From Hydrolagus affinis (lineage: Eukaryota): a stretch of DNA of 64,000 nucleotides. The stretch is from contig JAAILG010000328.1 of NCBI GenBank assembly GCA_012026655.1, positions 1 through 64,000 of the forward strand, given 5' to 3'. Below, piece after piece: positions 13,471 through 27,245 of the stretch. The first letter of the stretch is position 1, and each line of letters starts with the position of its first letter. The notes beneath the pieces are model-generated. The model saw only the letters and a program-made list of their open reading frames with translations. It searched no databases and was not told the origin of the DNA. Made by a program: the position numbers and the translations under genes.

Positions 13471-14556
13471 GATGTACGTGTTTGTTTGTCTGGTTATAAG
13501 CTTGTTTAGAATTAGGCAAATCTATGGGACATCTGGCAGTTCACTGGAGGTTGATGGATTTCCATCCTATTGATTGTCACTGCACAAGTGAATACAGATC
13601 CCAGAGCAAATGTTGAATCCTCGAAAACACAATGGATTACTTATACAACAGTAGCTGGTAGGTTGGAGAAGCGTCTGTGTGTAAGCTATTTTGTCCACAA
13701 ATATATAGTAAATTCTCCTACTCTCCTTCGCCCTGCCCCGACCCTTCCCCACCTGCTCTTGTCCCTACCTGACTGTACAGCGCCTTGGGACGTCCTCTCG
13801 ACGTGAAAGACGCTATATAAATGTAAGTTATGTTGATGATGTTGATGTATGGTTTGAAAGGGATTAAGGGAATTAGTATGCTTCTTATCTCTTCTATCCT
13901 AATTAAGTGATTTCTCAATGAAACTGATCAGTGTGAACAATATAAAGATTAATGTAAAATGTGACTTTTACCTAATTTATACATTGCTAGTGTTAGTGTA
14001 ACATTCACTGTAGTAGAACAATTGATGCTTCCTGCCAATACATGGATAAACATGTAGCTTTAGCTGTAAATGACCTTAAAGTTTGTACGTTTAATACGAC
14101 ATTTTAAATTTCTGGGTAGATGTTAGCAATGTCCAATAAATGGCCATCGTTCATTTTGTTTAACAAATTATTTTTGGAACAGTTGCTTTATTCAAGCTTC
14201 TCTGTCGCCAGCACCTTGAGACACACTTCTGATGTGAAAGATGTTCTACAAATATAATTTGTTGTTGTAACTATTGAGTTTTAAAATTGTCCCTGGGAAT
14301 GCACATTCTTTGAAAACCTCTTTTCAAAGAGGTTGAAAAAGAAAGATTATTTTAGCAATGTTTCTTTGAGATTAAGTTGTCACTTGGATGTCCTTTATAC
14401 CCCAGTAATGTACTGTGCCCAGAGTCATCTTATTTGAAGCACTTTAATCTCATTTATGAATGGATTCTTGAAATTTCATTGATAGTTCAAGAATAATTGC
14501 ATTTTGTGAATATATAAACATTTAGATTTTTATCACAGTTCCAAAAGTATTCTCAT

Positions 14557-15277
14557 TAAAGTGAATTGACTGTACATGTGTGGGTGAATCGCAGCAGCCA
14601 ATTGCGCACAGCAGTGTCCCACAAACAGTCGTGGATTGAAGTGACCAATTTTTTTTGAAGGATTAGTATTAGGAGTGTGGAGTAAGGAAATTTACCCAAG
14701 GTTTAGCCCTACCTGGAATTGAACCCAGGTCTCTCCCTTGCAATGTGAGTGCTCTAACCATTGAACTATAGTACTCCACATTATTGTAGGAATACAGGAG
14801 CCAGGGGAGGCTATTCAGTCCATTGAGTTTAAACTGCCAATTTATTAGATTATGTCAGATCTTTCATCCCAGTTCCCCACACCCTATTTATTGCCTTTAA
14901 ATCCCCTTTTTAACATCCTGTAGTGGTCCCTTTAATTTATTACAATATTAGATGATCAATACTTGTGGAGCCCTAGAGCTCAGTGGTTAAAGAGCTCACC
15001 TTACAAACGAGAGAGCTTGGGTTTGATTCTAAGCCAGGGTGAAACCTTGCCTAAATGTTCTTACTCCACACGCCTGATAATAATCCCTCAAGAAAAAACC
15101 CAATAATAAATTGGTCATTTCAATCCACGACTGTTTGTGGGACACTGCTATGCGCAATTGGCTGCTGCCTTTTCCCCCTCAAATATGTGGGAGTGTCAAT
15201 TCACTTTGTGGTATATTCTGTGAAGCGCTTTGAGACTTCTAGAAGACGTGAAAAGCACTATATCAAATGCAAGGAAT
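14557..15277. mobile_element. Head-to-head SINE pair (14557-14779 minus, 14965-15277 plus)
   Basis: Both match the 9671 family; spacer about 185 bp. Confidence 0.87.
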
Positions 15278-15809
15278 GAAGGTTTGAAATTGTACTTCAT
15301 GCTCTTCACAAGGCACCAATGTTAGCCTTCCACATGTTGTTATTGAAAGATTCACTCCTTCCCACGTTCTACCTTATGAGACCTTGAAAAAAAAATCCCA
15401 ACAGGCCAATTTCATTGCGAACATGGGACATATTACCCACCAGCTCATAAACCCTTGCATTCAGCCATAACATACGTGTGACCTAAAAACTGTCTGTTTG
15501 AAAATCCGTATTTCGTATTACAGGAGATTACGTGCTTAGTGATGATGAAACCATTTGGTAACATAGTACAGTTTCATGGTTGTTGAATGCAGGTGAATGT
15601 CTCCTTCGTTACCTTCAAGCTAATCCTGGTTGGTAACGTCATTTGATTTTTTTTCACAAAGGCAGAACCCATTCAAGTGTTGACTGCTTTTGATTTTAAA
15701 TAAAGCTCATTTCAAAATGGGAAAATTCTGCGGGTACGTACCTGGTACTTGTGATTTTTTGTACTGATTTGAAATTAGTATCTTTGGCCCATAAAAGCTG
15801 AAGTGAGTA

Positions 15810-16365
15810 CAGTTGGCCCTTGCCAAACACGGGAGTTACGTTCCTGGAAAACAGCGCACTCGGTAAAATCGCGTTTGGTAAGCTTAATAAGTAATGGGGT
15901 AAAAGAGTTAGGGGAATCCATCCACAGGCTATCCAACCTCAAGCCTCCAGGCACATCCACACCTGACCAACGCAAGGTGCGTACAGCCGGCTGGCCCGCT
16001 CTCCCCGCTCGTCGCTCTCCCCGCTTGTCACTCTCCCCGCTCTCACTGGCGACTAGAAAACAGCACCTTACACTACCACAACTTGGCTAAATTATTTTAC
16101 CTTTGGTCCTGAAAGTGTTAGGCTATATATGAATCCAGTAAATATGAATGAAACAACCTTGATTGTACTTTACCATGCAATGCCATCAGGTTGCTCCGAG
16201 GCCGAGGAATCATCGGACTTAGTTGGGAGCTGGCGGCGTCCTCCCAAGTGTGCATTGTGCACGGGGCCGGCCAGCGTGTACACGCAAATTTTACTCGTAT
16301 TACGCAAAAAAGTGCCGCATTTATTTCTTCGTGAGTAGAAAGTCGTGTTCGGCAAGGGTTGACTG
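15810..16365. mobile_element. Tigger/pogo-like non-autonomous DNA transposon, family B
   Basis: TA|cagttggcccttgccaaacacg ... cgtgttcggcaagggttgactg|TA, imperfect 22-bp TIR, CpG-rich interior. Confidence 0.8.
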
Positions 16366-17104
16366 TATTTGTCATTGGTGGGGAGGATTGATGGTGCATT
16401 TTCAGGCAATGGTGACATATTTTCATTAACTGTAGTTCTTTTAATGTATGGGTATTTTCATTTTTTAAAAAAAATTGCTTAATATGTCACTGGTTAATTA
16501 ATGCCCCAGATGTACAAGTTTGTTTTGACTCGACGTATCAAACAACTCAACAGTATGTGGTTTGACCATTTTACCACATCCTAAAGTTGGGTAACTCAAC
16601 ACAGACTGTTATTCACAGAGCTTGAACTTGTTCAGCGCTTAAACTGCAACTTGTCTGCCTGAACTGCTTCATTGTATGAATCTGTGCTGTCAGTATAACT
16701 TGTCTGAATCTGTAGAATAAACGCAGTACTTGGGGATGTGTACATTTTTAAGATTTCCCATCTACAAAACAAAATAAAGCTGATTACCTCATCTACATTT
16801 CAGCTTCAGATTAAGTCAGTGCATTGACGGGTAGCTGAACAGCTTGGCCAAGAATTCCACATAAACCTTTGGAGATAGTTCTCAATATACTATGAGCCAT
16901 CTTGGATTGTCTTTTTGGAGTGGGTTTAGGGGAGTATGACTATTATACAGTACTGTGATCCAAGTGACTGTATTTGTTCCACTTCTCTCTGATTCCTCCA
17001 ACGGAAAACTACTTTGAATGCATATTACTGGATTTAGAATAACCTAAAGGATGGCTTTATTGATTAAACTCTTCATTTGATTTCCACATTTTTTTCTCTT
17101 ACAG

Positions 17105-17350
17105 GATTGAAATGTGTATGCTCCCAGTGTGTAAAGGAGAACCTCACATGTGAGACTGATGGACTCTGCTTGGCAACAGTGACCCGAACAGGAGATCGAA
17201 TCGTGCACAACAAAATGTGCGTTTCGAAGGATGAGCTGATTCCACCAGATCGGCCTTTCGTATGTGCCCCATCTGCAAACCATGCTGTCTCGGCTCGGTG
17301 CTGTAGTTCACACATGTGCAACAATCCCGATCTTCCAGTACCAACCGAAG
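17105..17350 (+). CDS. TGFBR1: TGF-beta receptor type I (ALK5) exon 2, cysteine-rich extracellular domain
   Basis: Acceptor ttttctcttacag, donor AAG|gtaagc; 246 nt, phase 1/1. Encodes (G)LKCVCSQCVKENLTCETDGLC...DRPFVCAPS...CCSSHMCN with 10 Cys and the CCxxxxCN box. Confidence 0.96.
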
Positions 17351-17399
17351 GTAAGCCTGCCATTCTGGCTGGTAGAAAAGACAAATTTACAATTCAAAA

Positions 17400-17680
17400 G
17401 TACCAAGTGTATCTGGAAGACTAAAGAGTTGGGAGGGCGCAGAAGGCACAGTCGAAAAGGAGGATAGTAACACCGGCCTTGAAGGAGGTGAGGGAGGGAG
17501 CGAGGCAAAGGGACTGGGTTGGAGTTCCAGAGTGTGGGGGCAGAGAGTCTGAAAGCCTGTCCGCCGATGGTAGGATGGGTCGGGCGGGGGACATGGAGCA
17601 GGCCAGAGCCTGCTGAACGGAGGGGGCTGGGAGGCTCATAGGGGACAGCAGGTTGGAGAGGTTGGGGGCGGGGTGGTGGT
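17400..17680 (-). mobile_element. L2 LINE 3' fragment just downstream of TGFBR1 exon 2
   Basis: Homologous to 36420-36760 (gccttgaaggagg..., ggggcagagag..., gtccgccgatggtagg). Confidence 0.8.
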
Positions 17681-19989
17681 CTACAAGTCTATATGCTGTT
17701 TTTCATATAAACCATCTAATCCTATTCTTCTGCTCCTCCCACTTACCCTTTAATATTCTAATTTTTTTATGCATTCATCTTTTTCCTGTTTCAAATAATT
17801 TATGTTTCAATAACTGACACAAATTGATACATTAACTACATTAACACTGTTTCTTTCAGGCAGTAATTTAGAAATAAAATATGATTCACCAATGGAATCC
17901 AGAATAAATAATTTTCTTGCTATAAAATGGAATCCAGTCTGCATTCATCACTCAATTGAAAAATCTGTAATTGAAGGATACCTTCAAGTGAAGAGATTTT
18001 AAAATCAACTTCTCTCTTAGTTTCTCTCTTCAAATGTCTACATCCGGATTCGATACTACTTGTCTCTATTCCATTGACCCCCCCGCCCCCCCATGTTTAA
18101 ACCCCCCTCTCTGGGTTTAAATGTAACTTAATCTATATTTGTTAGATTACGTGATGCAAGATCATACCAAAGTAAGGGAATGTAACTTTCTAACTATCTA
18201 ATTGTCCTCATGATTAACAGGAGAGCAAACAAAATCATGGCTTGCAAAGTTAGTATAAAACATAACAAATGAACGATCCGCTAGCAATTCTAAATACTAA
18301 TAAAGCACTTTGTGATCACCTAGATGTCAGTTGGCCTAAAGTCACTGCACTGGTTTAAAACCTGTTGAATCAACAATTACTGCGTACCTGCAAAGATTGA
18401 GGGTCAACGGGAGGATTCATTCTCCTGGTGGGGAGTGGGAAGAAGGGGGTTGCAGAAAGAACTTTTTTTTTAAACTTAACTATTCAGTAATTGAATGTCA
18501 CCGTAAAACATTAAACACAATTTAAACAGTCACAAAAAACAGAAACCATGGTTGAACTACTAACAACCCAAAAAGAATGCTTTGGAAATTCCATTGGGTG
18601 ATATAAGGATAAGCAATTGACAATGTTGCCTAGATTGAACCCACCTGGACCCATAAGAGCAACAAGTCAAATTATTTGACACAGAGGTTTTGCTAACTGA
18701 GCAGATACATCTGTATGGGGGCAGGGAGAATGCAGTGCATTTCTGTGTAGCTCTACATAAACCCCCAAATGAGCGAGTGTCTCTATTGAGCTGCCTGTGA
18801 TGATGATAAATAATAATCCTTGCAATAGAGAAAGTGTCTTTCCATGTCATAATGATGTATGTAAGCAAACATGGCAGCTAATTTGCAAACTCACAGCAAT
18901 CCTACAAACAGAATAACGAGACACTTATTTGAAATATTTCTGGCCAAGACACTGGGAGAAATTCACTGTTTTCATTTAAACAAAAAAGGATCTTTTAACA
19001 TCCACCTGAACAGGCAGACAGGTGTAGGGTCTTATCTGAAGAATGGCACCAATCATAGAATTATGCAGCACAGAAAAGGCCATTTAGCCCATCATGTCTG
19101 TAATGGCTCTTTGAAAACAGTTGTTCAAATCAATCCTACTTCCCCGTGCTCTATCCATAGCCCGCAAACCTAACCTCCCCAAATAACTATCTACTTCTCT
19201 TAAAAGTTATTATTGAATTGTCTTCTGCCACCCTGTTTCAGGCAATGCATTTCAGATCCGAACAACTATGTCAAAGTAGAACACATCCAGCCTATGTGCT
19301 GACATGGGGCATGGACCCACAACCTTCTGACTCGAGATGAAAAGGCTGTCAATTGAGACAGGCTTCAAAACTGTTAGAACTGAGGTCAGCAAATAATTCT
19401 TCAGCGTTGTGTGGAAAATATGGAGTGCTCTGCTCCACAAATCTGTAGAGATGGAATCAATATGAATGTTTAAAAGAGGTACTCTTTGGTAGAGTATGAA
19501 GGAGTATAGCTAAAGGGCAGGTATCAGAATTAAAAGCTTGAATATCTAATGCACTCTTGGATCAGGCTCTATAGGGTGAATCCTTTTGCTCCTATTTTCT
19601 TATGTTCCATCTTTCTCCTGCCAATACCATAGAGAAGGGATGCATCCCATGTAAGCCAATGAAAAAAGGATAGGTTTGCAATTAAATATTAGCTTATAAT
19701 AAATCACACCTACCCAGAAGAGGTTAGGTGATGTGACAATATTAGATTGCGATGGTCCTTTCTATCACAGGCCCACATACAGCACAATGCTCTAGAGCTG
19801 TAGATAGTCGAAAGCCGTTGTGTACAAGGAAAACAGTTATGTAGCCTCCAAAGGAAACTGCAACTGAGAGAAAGCACAATTGACAACTGCTGATCACTGA
19901 TGATTGTGCATGAAAATAAGGTTTAAATAAGGTTAATTTAAAGTATCCCTAAAATGTTATGGTCTCCAAGGCAGTTCTAAAGTAAGAAT

Positions 19990-20310
19990 GTGACTCAGTG
20001 ATTAGAGCACTTGTCTTGCAATCTGGGGAGACCTATGTTTGAATCCAGGCAGGTCAAGGCAAAACCTTGGGCAAGTTTCCTTACTCCACACGCCTAATAA
20101 TAATCCCTCAAAAAAAAACCACAATAGTAAAATTGGTCATTTCAATCCATGACTGTTTTTTGGGACACTGCTGTGCGCAATTGGCTGCCGTGATTCGCCC
20201 ACAAATATATACAGTCAATTCACTTTACAGTATATTCTGTGAAGTGCTTTGGGACGTCGATAAAATGTGAAAATCTCTATCAAATGCAAAAATTTCATTA
20301 TTATATTATA
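19990..20310 (+). mobile_element. SINE copy
   Basis: Colinear with 9671-9975; ggcaggtca variant head. Confidence 0.87.
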
Positions 20311-21185
20311 ACAATCCGTACCAATAGTCTTTTCTGCATTGAAGAAAAATCCAAACTCAATTTATGCAAAGAGAATAATGAACAAAGGTGATTGCCATAG
20401 GACTCACTCCCATAATCCAGTTGTGTTTTGACCAATTTGTGCCTCATTGTTCAGATGAGCAGCCAAAGTGTTGTTATTATTCAATATTGGGTTAGGTTAG
20501 TAGGAGGTATTCTGAGATAGATTGTTACATTAATCCAATGAGAGCTGGGGGTATTCTATATGTCGAATTATATTAGTCATTATGATCTGCAGGAACAAAG
20601 AATGAGAGGAATCTGGAAATAGTTTATTTTTTTAAAAATCAGTCGAGATGGCTGGCTGTGTCTGACTTTGGGGAAATTGCCTGCAAGACCCTACCTAGAA
20701 TGCATTTTAACATATAATTGCTGTTGTCAAAATGCTCATTCAGGAAAATCCCAGAACTGTGTTGCGTTAACTAAACTCATTTGGGGCATTTTTTTGTGGC
20801 ACCTAGTTCCCGTTTAGAAAGGGACAATCGGTCTGTGTTCATTCTGATTCACTTGAGGACCCTTATCTTGGGGATTGCAGTAGCCTCTAATTTACCTTTG
20901 TGAATAACAATAGCCGCCCCCTTCCCTCCCACACATCCCGACAGATTTCCACACTGTCTTCAAAAGTCAGTCCCCCCCCTCCGTAATGTTGACATTCAAC
21001 ATGCAGGAAACAAATACACATAAAACTACCCAATTCAGATATTGATTGTTGCGTTTTATGTTCTAATTGGAACATATCTTTTTAAGATAGGCACTTTGGT
21101 ATGAAATACCCTTAATCCCTTTAATAATCCATTTGTTATATAGAAGTTGTGAAAAGCGCTGTATCAAATGCAGGGATTATTATTA

Positions 21186-21389
21186 CAGTAAAAGCCTGTT
21201 TATCCGGCACCCTTGGGATCTGGCCAATGCTGGTTAAAGCGCGTACCGGATATTCAGCCAAAAACACAATTTAAAAAAAAATGCATTGTGCTGGATAAAT
21301 TCTGGTTAATCGAATGCGGACTTTTTTTTGAGGTGCCGGTTATACGGAAGTTACGGTTGATCGAGTCACGGATAAACAGGCTTTTACTG
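21186..21389. mobile_element. Tigger-like MITE, family A termini, different interior
   Basis: Perfect 21-bp TIR cagtaaaagcctgtttatccg, TA TSD; inserted in the (TTA)n tail of a SINE fragment. Confidence 0.9.
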
Positions 21390-24300
21390 TATTTCCAACC
21401 CACTCTTTTGGTGTGGGAAAGTTTTGTTTATCGGGGAATCCCTTAATGCAGCATGAAATTTCAGAAATTTGTTATATGTGCCACCATTTTATAACAAATC
21501 CTTCACTGTTGTGTCAGAAATCATTTTGTCTTCATGCTAAAATGTATATTAAAAAGTGATGAGTTTTAAACATAACGGGGGGCAAAAAATAATTCACTTA
21601 TTGCTATGTGGGATGTTACTGTACACAAATTAGCTGCCACTTTTGCCAAAAATACACAAACAGTATACTTTAGAGTAACATCCTGTGAAACACTTTGAGA
21701 TGTCTCGACAATATAGGACCCTATATTAAGCATTAGTTTTAAAATTGATTTTTTTAATTTGCTAACAGCTGAAGTAAGAGAGCTGTCTGCCTTGGTGTCA
21801 GTTGAAAGTCTGAAGCATGTGAAAAACAAACATTAATGGTAAAGTAAGCCTATATTAGTCATAAGCTCTCAGACGGGTTTGTTACCACACATCCTGTTGT
21901 CTCAGAAGGAAACTGATTTGAGGAACTTGTTTATTTCATACTTCAATCAAGTTGTTTAAGAGCCAGTTTCTTTTGTCTGAAATACTTTTTGCTGAAAAAG
22001 TATTAGAAGTTGGATTTTCTCTTGAAAACGGATATATTTGAAAATAACTCTTCACTTTGCGATGCCAGCTTTGCGATCAGTCTGGCTAGTGTTCTTGTGA
22101 TGCTTGCAAAGACTGAGAGAGAAAATAAACAAACTTGTCAATGGAAAAAGGAAAATAATCGCCCGTCGTTATTAATGGGGCTGTGTAGGACTCAGCAATG
22201 ATGGAGGATGCTGACAATTAGCAACATCTGGTCGAGAGCTCCCCATTTTCTATCTTCCATTTTATTTTGTCTACGTTTATTACTTGCATTTGTTTCTATT
22301 CCTCCATCCTTTCGTTCTCTTTATTTTCTTTCTCAGTTTTTGAATTATCTCTGCTAATTTGAATGTACCAAATTCAACTCCCAATAAAATGAACTCGCTT
22401 GGGACTTGGCAGTGGCAAATCTATTTTGTTTCCAGAACATGCAAAAACACTTTTGAGATGTTTGTTTTCATGAAAGGTACTGTGTAGATGCAAGTTGTTA
22501 ATAATAGTCCTTGCTAGCTATTTGGTGGGTTGATGTAAAATGAATCGGTGATAGAATTAATGAATAAGATGGTTTTTTTTTTTATCAAGTTTTTCTCACT
22601 ATCTCTTATCGGGCTGATTCAGTAACACACTCGTCTCTCAGTCAAAGACCACATCCGATATGCTGCATTGTTAGAGGCACTGTGTTACACTGAGGCCTTC
22701 CTGTTCATGTGGACATTAAAACATCCATGGCACTATTTGAAAAGTGAAAGTTTCCCCCCAATGTTTTGGCCACCATTCCCCCAAATAAACAGCCCCCCCA
22801 CCTCACTTCATGGTTTGTTGGGCAATACCAAAAGCAAGGAGTATTATTATTTTGCCTCAACGTAACTGTCAGCTACTGATCCTATCTGGATTTGTATGGT
22901 CTGTTTATTAATGCAATGTAATAAAACAGTGCTGAGTAGATATCAAGTTAAACATTTATTATGATCAATATTTAGTTTATTGTGGTGCTCTGCCTAATTC
23001 TATTTGGATCTTTGTACAGCTGTGACTGATGATCCCGAGGGGAGCTCGAGAAGAAATAGTGATGGGTCTTAAGTATAATTGTGCAATGCAATGCAATAAT
23101 TGGAATGTAAATGGAAGCACTAGAGCAAAGGGACCTTGGTGTGCAAACTGAGGTCATTGCTGGTTTTGCAAAATTAATTGATTTAACCCAGCCCAGTGTA
23201 AATTTACAAAAGCTCTTAGGAACAGTGACATTTACGTTAATTAAGGTTAATAATTTATATTCCAGCTCTATAAACTAGTTTGCAAAGAAATTGCTTTGTC
23301 ATGTTTGAGATTCTTTTCAAAGTTGCAGAACCCAAAATATTGTTTGATTTAGCGGTGCTAGAGTTTAAACATTACCTTGAACTTTTTATGTGGGGTATTT
23401 TCGATGCAATGTTTAAACTAGATACCTTTTGTATCATGTACAAATTTCAAAAATCAGCTTCAAAGAATAGAAAATACAAGGTAGATGGTAGAATAAATAA
23501 TATAATTCTTATCCGGTATTTGACGATCGTACCTATAATTTCAAAGCCCTTACAGGGATTTGTTGTCAACTATTTTCAGCTAAATGAAGTAGCCAATTGG
23601 CACATAAGTGGGCCCACAACCGACTATAAAGTGAAATTAAAAGAAATACTGATTTATGAAACAGTAATCAAACTGTCTGGACGATTGTTGTTCAGGACGC
23701 TAGAAGAGTCTACCTTCCTCTTTTGAATAGTATTGTGGGATTTTTAATGTTCATCTAGACAGACCGACTGAACCTCCTCCTCCCTGAATTACAACCTTTT
23801 TTATCTCAGAGATAAGAGTGCTGCAAACTGGGCCAAGCTCTCGAGAAATTAAAGTATTTCAGTTAATAACTGGACGAGCTTTTGGAAAGAGGATTCTACA
23901 TTATAAAACGAAGAGCTGGATGTGTCAACGGAATCTTTTGGGAAGCTGGATGGGATAATAGTTTATTGCCTAAAACTATTGTTATTTACCATGCAAAGTT
24001 TATTTTCAACTTTTTCTCCTGAAGGTGTAATGTCATGAGTGCTAGCTGCACCTTAGATCTACATGAAATTTGTCTGATCTTCAGGTGTTAATGCATCCAC
24101 TGATTGGATAGCAGCATAGGCGGTTCAGCCAACAATCACTCTTGAACAGGGTAACTGAGTAGAGATCAGGATTGGAAATCATGACTGATTTGATTGTCTT
24201 CTCCCACCAGCCCAGAGTTGCTGAGCCCAGTTGTTTTAGTGCTTTGTCACAATATGCCTTTACTCATAATCAACAGTGGAACTACTTGTTAAAATGTTAA

Positions 24301-24774
24301 AGGTGTCTGTGTGAATGTTCAGAAAATGCATTCAGGTGTACCTCCATTCTGACGTATAATAGGATCTTGAGGCAGCCCATTCAATATTGCAAGAATTGCA
24401 CATTCTTGTGATTATTTTCAACTTGTTTATTTTAACACTGCAAGTCTTTTATTGAACATTGTAGTCGAAGCAATGCATCTAATTAAAATTAAAATAATTG
24501 CAAAGTTGTCAGAATATTCATTTAGTCCTGAAGATTTAAGTGATTCCAGCATGACAAAATGCCATTTGAAATAGAAGATAATTTGGTTTCATGTAAAACT
24601 AAGGTGTACTTCAAACCCCATGGTTAGCAAAAAGGAATTTACATAGATGTGGCAGAAAAGCTATAGCTGGTAGTTTTGTGAAGTCGCACAACTGGTGCCT
24701 TTCTGGCTGCTTGTTGCATATCTATACAAGTTGTTGTTTCTTAACTCTACAATTCTGTTTGTGATTGTTTTCAG

Positions 24775-25017
24775 AAGCCACTGAACAGCCTCCTTTGCTA
24801 AACCTGGGTCCTGTGGAATTAGCTGCTGTCATCGCGGGACCAGTGTGTGTGGTTTGCATTTTACTGATGGTGACCCTCTATTTGTTTCACAATCGAAATG
24901 TCATTCACCACCGAGTTCCACACGAAGAAGATCCCTCCATCGATCATCCTTTCATTTCCGAGGGTACCACTCTAAAAGATTTAATATACGATATGACCAC
25001 CTCGGGATCTGGTTCAG
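24775..25017 (+). CDS. TGFBR1: TGFBR1 exon 3: juxtamembrane, transmembrane helix, GS box
   Basis: Acceptor gttttcag, donor CAG|gtaaga; 243 nt. Encodes [28 protein letters not shown]...[31 protein letters not shown]. An alternative in-frame start at 24778 (NAGNAG) is possible. Confidence 0.93.
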
Positions 25018-26872
25018 GTAAGATGGCATTGTTCATTATTGTCTAGGCTTCTGTGCAAGTTTTAGATATTTATCTTGTATACATGATGGGTATTTTTGAA
25101 GCTCAAATCGAGTCATTTTAGGAAATGTTTCAGAAGTATATTTGAGATGAGAAAATGAGTGAACATATTGCATCTTGTCTAAGCTCATGCCTAGTTACGA
25201 TTGTTTATGATCAATGGGTATCTATATCTGCTATAAATAGAAACCCAATATGAATATCTAAATCGGCCTGAGAGTTCCATACATGTATACCACCTACACA
25301 TGGGTCTAGAATAGAATGTATATTCTCTTGTTGAAGGAACCCTGCTTATCTAATTCTGGAGAGTATCAGGGTTAGCAGGAGCCTAGGCTTGAGGACCCCA
25401 CAGTGTGAGTTGGGGTACAGCTGGAGTCTTAACAAGCTGAAACTTCACATCTTGCAATTGAAAGCACTATAAATATTATTATTATTAGTAGTAGTATTAT
25501 AAGGCCTGAAACACTATCTAGTAAGCTTCCTGCTGCTTGTCCAGCTAGGAAGTCCATTGGGGCTTTGGCATGCAGGGTTAACAAGAGTTGAATGGGAAGA
25601 ATTCCTGCTCTTAGTTGATTGGTATGTCCCAGTTAGGATAGAGGACTCTTTCAGAGATTTGATTCTGCCAAAGCTGGACCCAATTGACTCGACATTTAGA
25701 TTCTCAGAGAGCTGTAAAGAGACGAACGCCAGCTAACTGGTTGATAGTCCCAGTTGAACTCAGTTTCTTGACTGAAGGAAAAGTGGTTAGCACAATCAAA
25801 TTTATGGATTATAATACTTGAAAATCATGGCCAAGTTCTCAGCAACCAGAATGAATGTGTAATGATGGTTCACTCACAACTAACTGCATGTTAATCTGAT
25901 CACTGTTTGGATTCAGAGCACATTAGTTAACTGGAACCATTATCTTCAAGATCCAATGAAAGAAAATATATATGCGGTTCTCTTTGATGTATGTTTTGAC
26001 CTGTGACCTGTGAGGTTTCTTGTCTTCATTAACGATCTAGCAGATGTTATCAAAAGCAGTGGTTCATTTACTACTGTGGCCATCAGGCTGGCAACTACCT
26101 GCTAAATCAGTATTGACTATTTTGAACAGCAAGAAGCTAACCATGCTGATATACAAGCTTAGCACTGAGAAGACCAGATGTCAAATGCAATTAACTTTTT
26201 TCCTAGCCATCTTGTCTCAGTACAATTGCAAATTCTTCAGTTCAACAATGTTGTAATCACCTCTGCTATGGATGGGATAGCTGCGTGGCTGGAAAAGCAA
26301 GTTAAAGAATGAAAATTCTCAAGAAAATTAGTTCCTACTCGGCACTATCAGAAATGTCCATGTTCTTCGCTAGTCTGCTCAGAAATAGGATACTTTGGCC
26401 ACCACTTGTACCTGGGTACAAAGCCAGAGACACTTGTGACCTTGACGATTTTCTACTTTGTACCAGAGTACTTCTGCAGCAGCAAAGGCATACAACAGGT
26501 TTCTAATGCTTGAGACAAATCTTTGTGCTGAGAGCTTTGGTAACAGCATTACTAAATCCTGTATTCCACCCCCATATTCGGCATACAGACCTTAGCATTA
26601 GTGTTTGCAATCTTTGCTGAACTTGCATAATTTCCAGTGGTAAAGCATGTTTGATTTAGAATTCATCTCTTTTTAATCAGTGGACCCGCATTGAGCTTAT
26701 CCTTTGTTATCTCAATGACATTTCTCTTATTTGCTCTGACCCGTAAAGTCCAACATGAGCCTTGTACTTTTTACATTTGACTCTGGCTTGATCGGGTTTT
26801 GTGTACAACAATGATCAACACACCACGTAAGTAGCGTATGCAATAGTTTTGATTTAAAACAAAATCTGAATA

Positions 26873-27245
26873 CAGTAAAACCCTGTTTACCAGGGACTCT
26901 CTGGGTGGGTGGTGGGGGGGGGGGTCAACTAATTGACTGTGCGGGATAATCGGACGGCAATTTTGAAAACCCAACAAAATATTTGCTTATTTTAAAACAT
27001 ACCATATTAATAATACACTAAATAGTATCAGAATATTGCATGGATACTTACCAATAAGGATTCTGGCACACTTGGTAAAATGATCGGTAAAAACCCAAGG
27101 TCGTAAGTTTAATAAGTGCGCATGCGCACGCATTGCACGCATGCACAAAGTGAGCATACTCGCGATTGCTGCAATGGGGAATTGCCCTGGGAGAGGGGGT
27201 TGAGCAATCCGGTTGATCGGGTCACGGATAAACAGGCTTTTATTG
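26873..27245. mobile_element. Tigger-like MITE, family A
   Basis: Same TIRs and TA TSD, colinear with 2517-2882 (aaaacataccatattaataatacactaaatagt shared). Confidence 0.88.

Noticed and set aside
1-17104. TGFBR1 exon 1 and promoter
   Set aside because: No signal-peptide exon with a phase-1 donor and no CpG island was found; exon 1 most likely lies upstream of the window.
23280-23726. 148-aa ORF in intron 2
   Set aside because: AT-rich, non-ATG start, no recognisable domain or splice pattern; probably a chance ORF.
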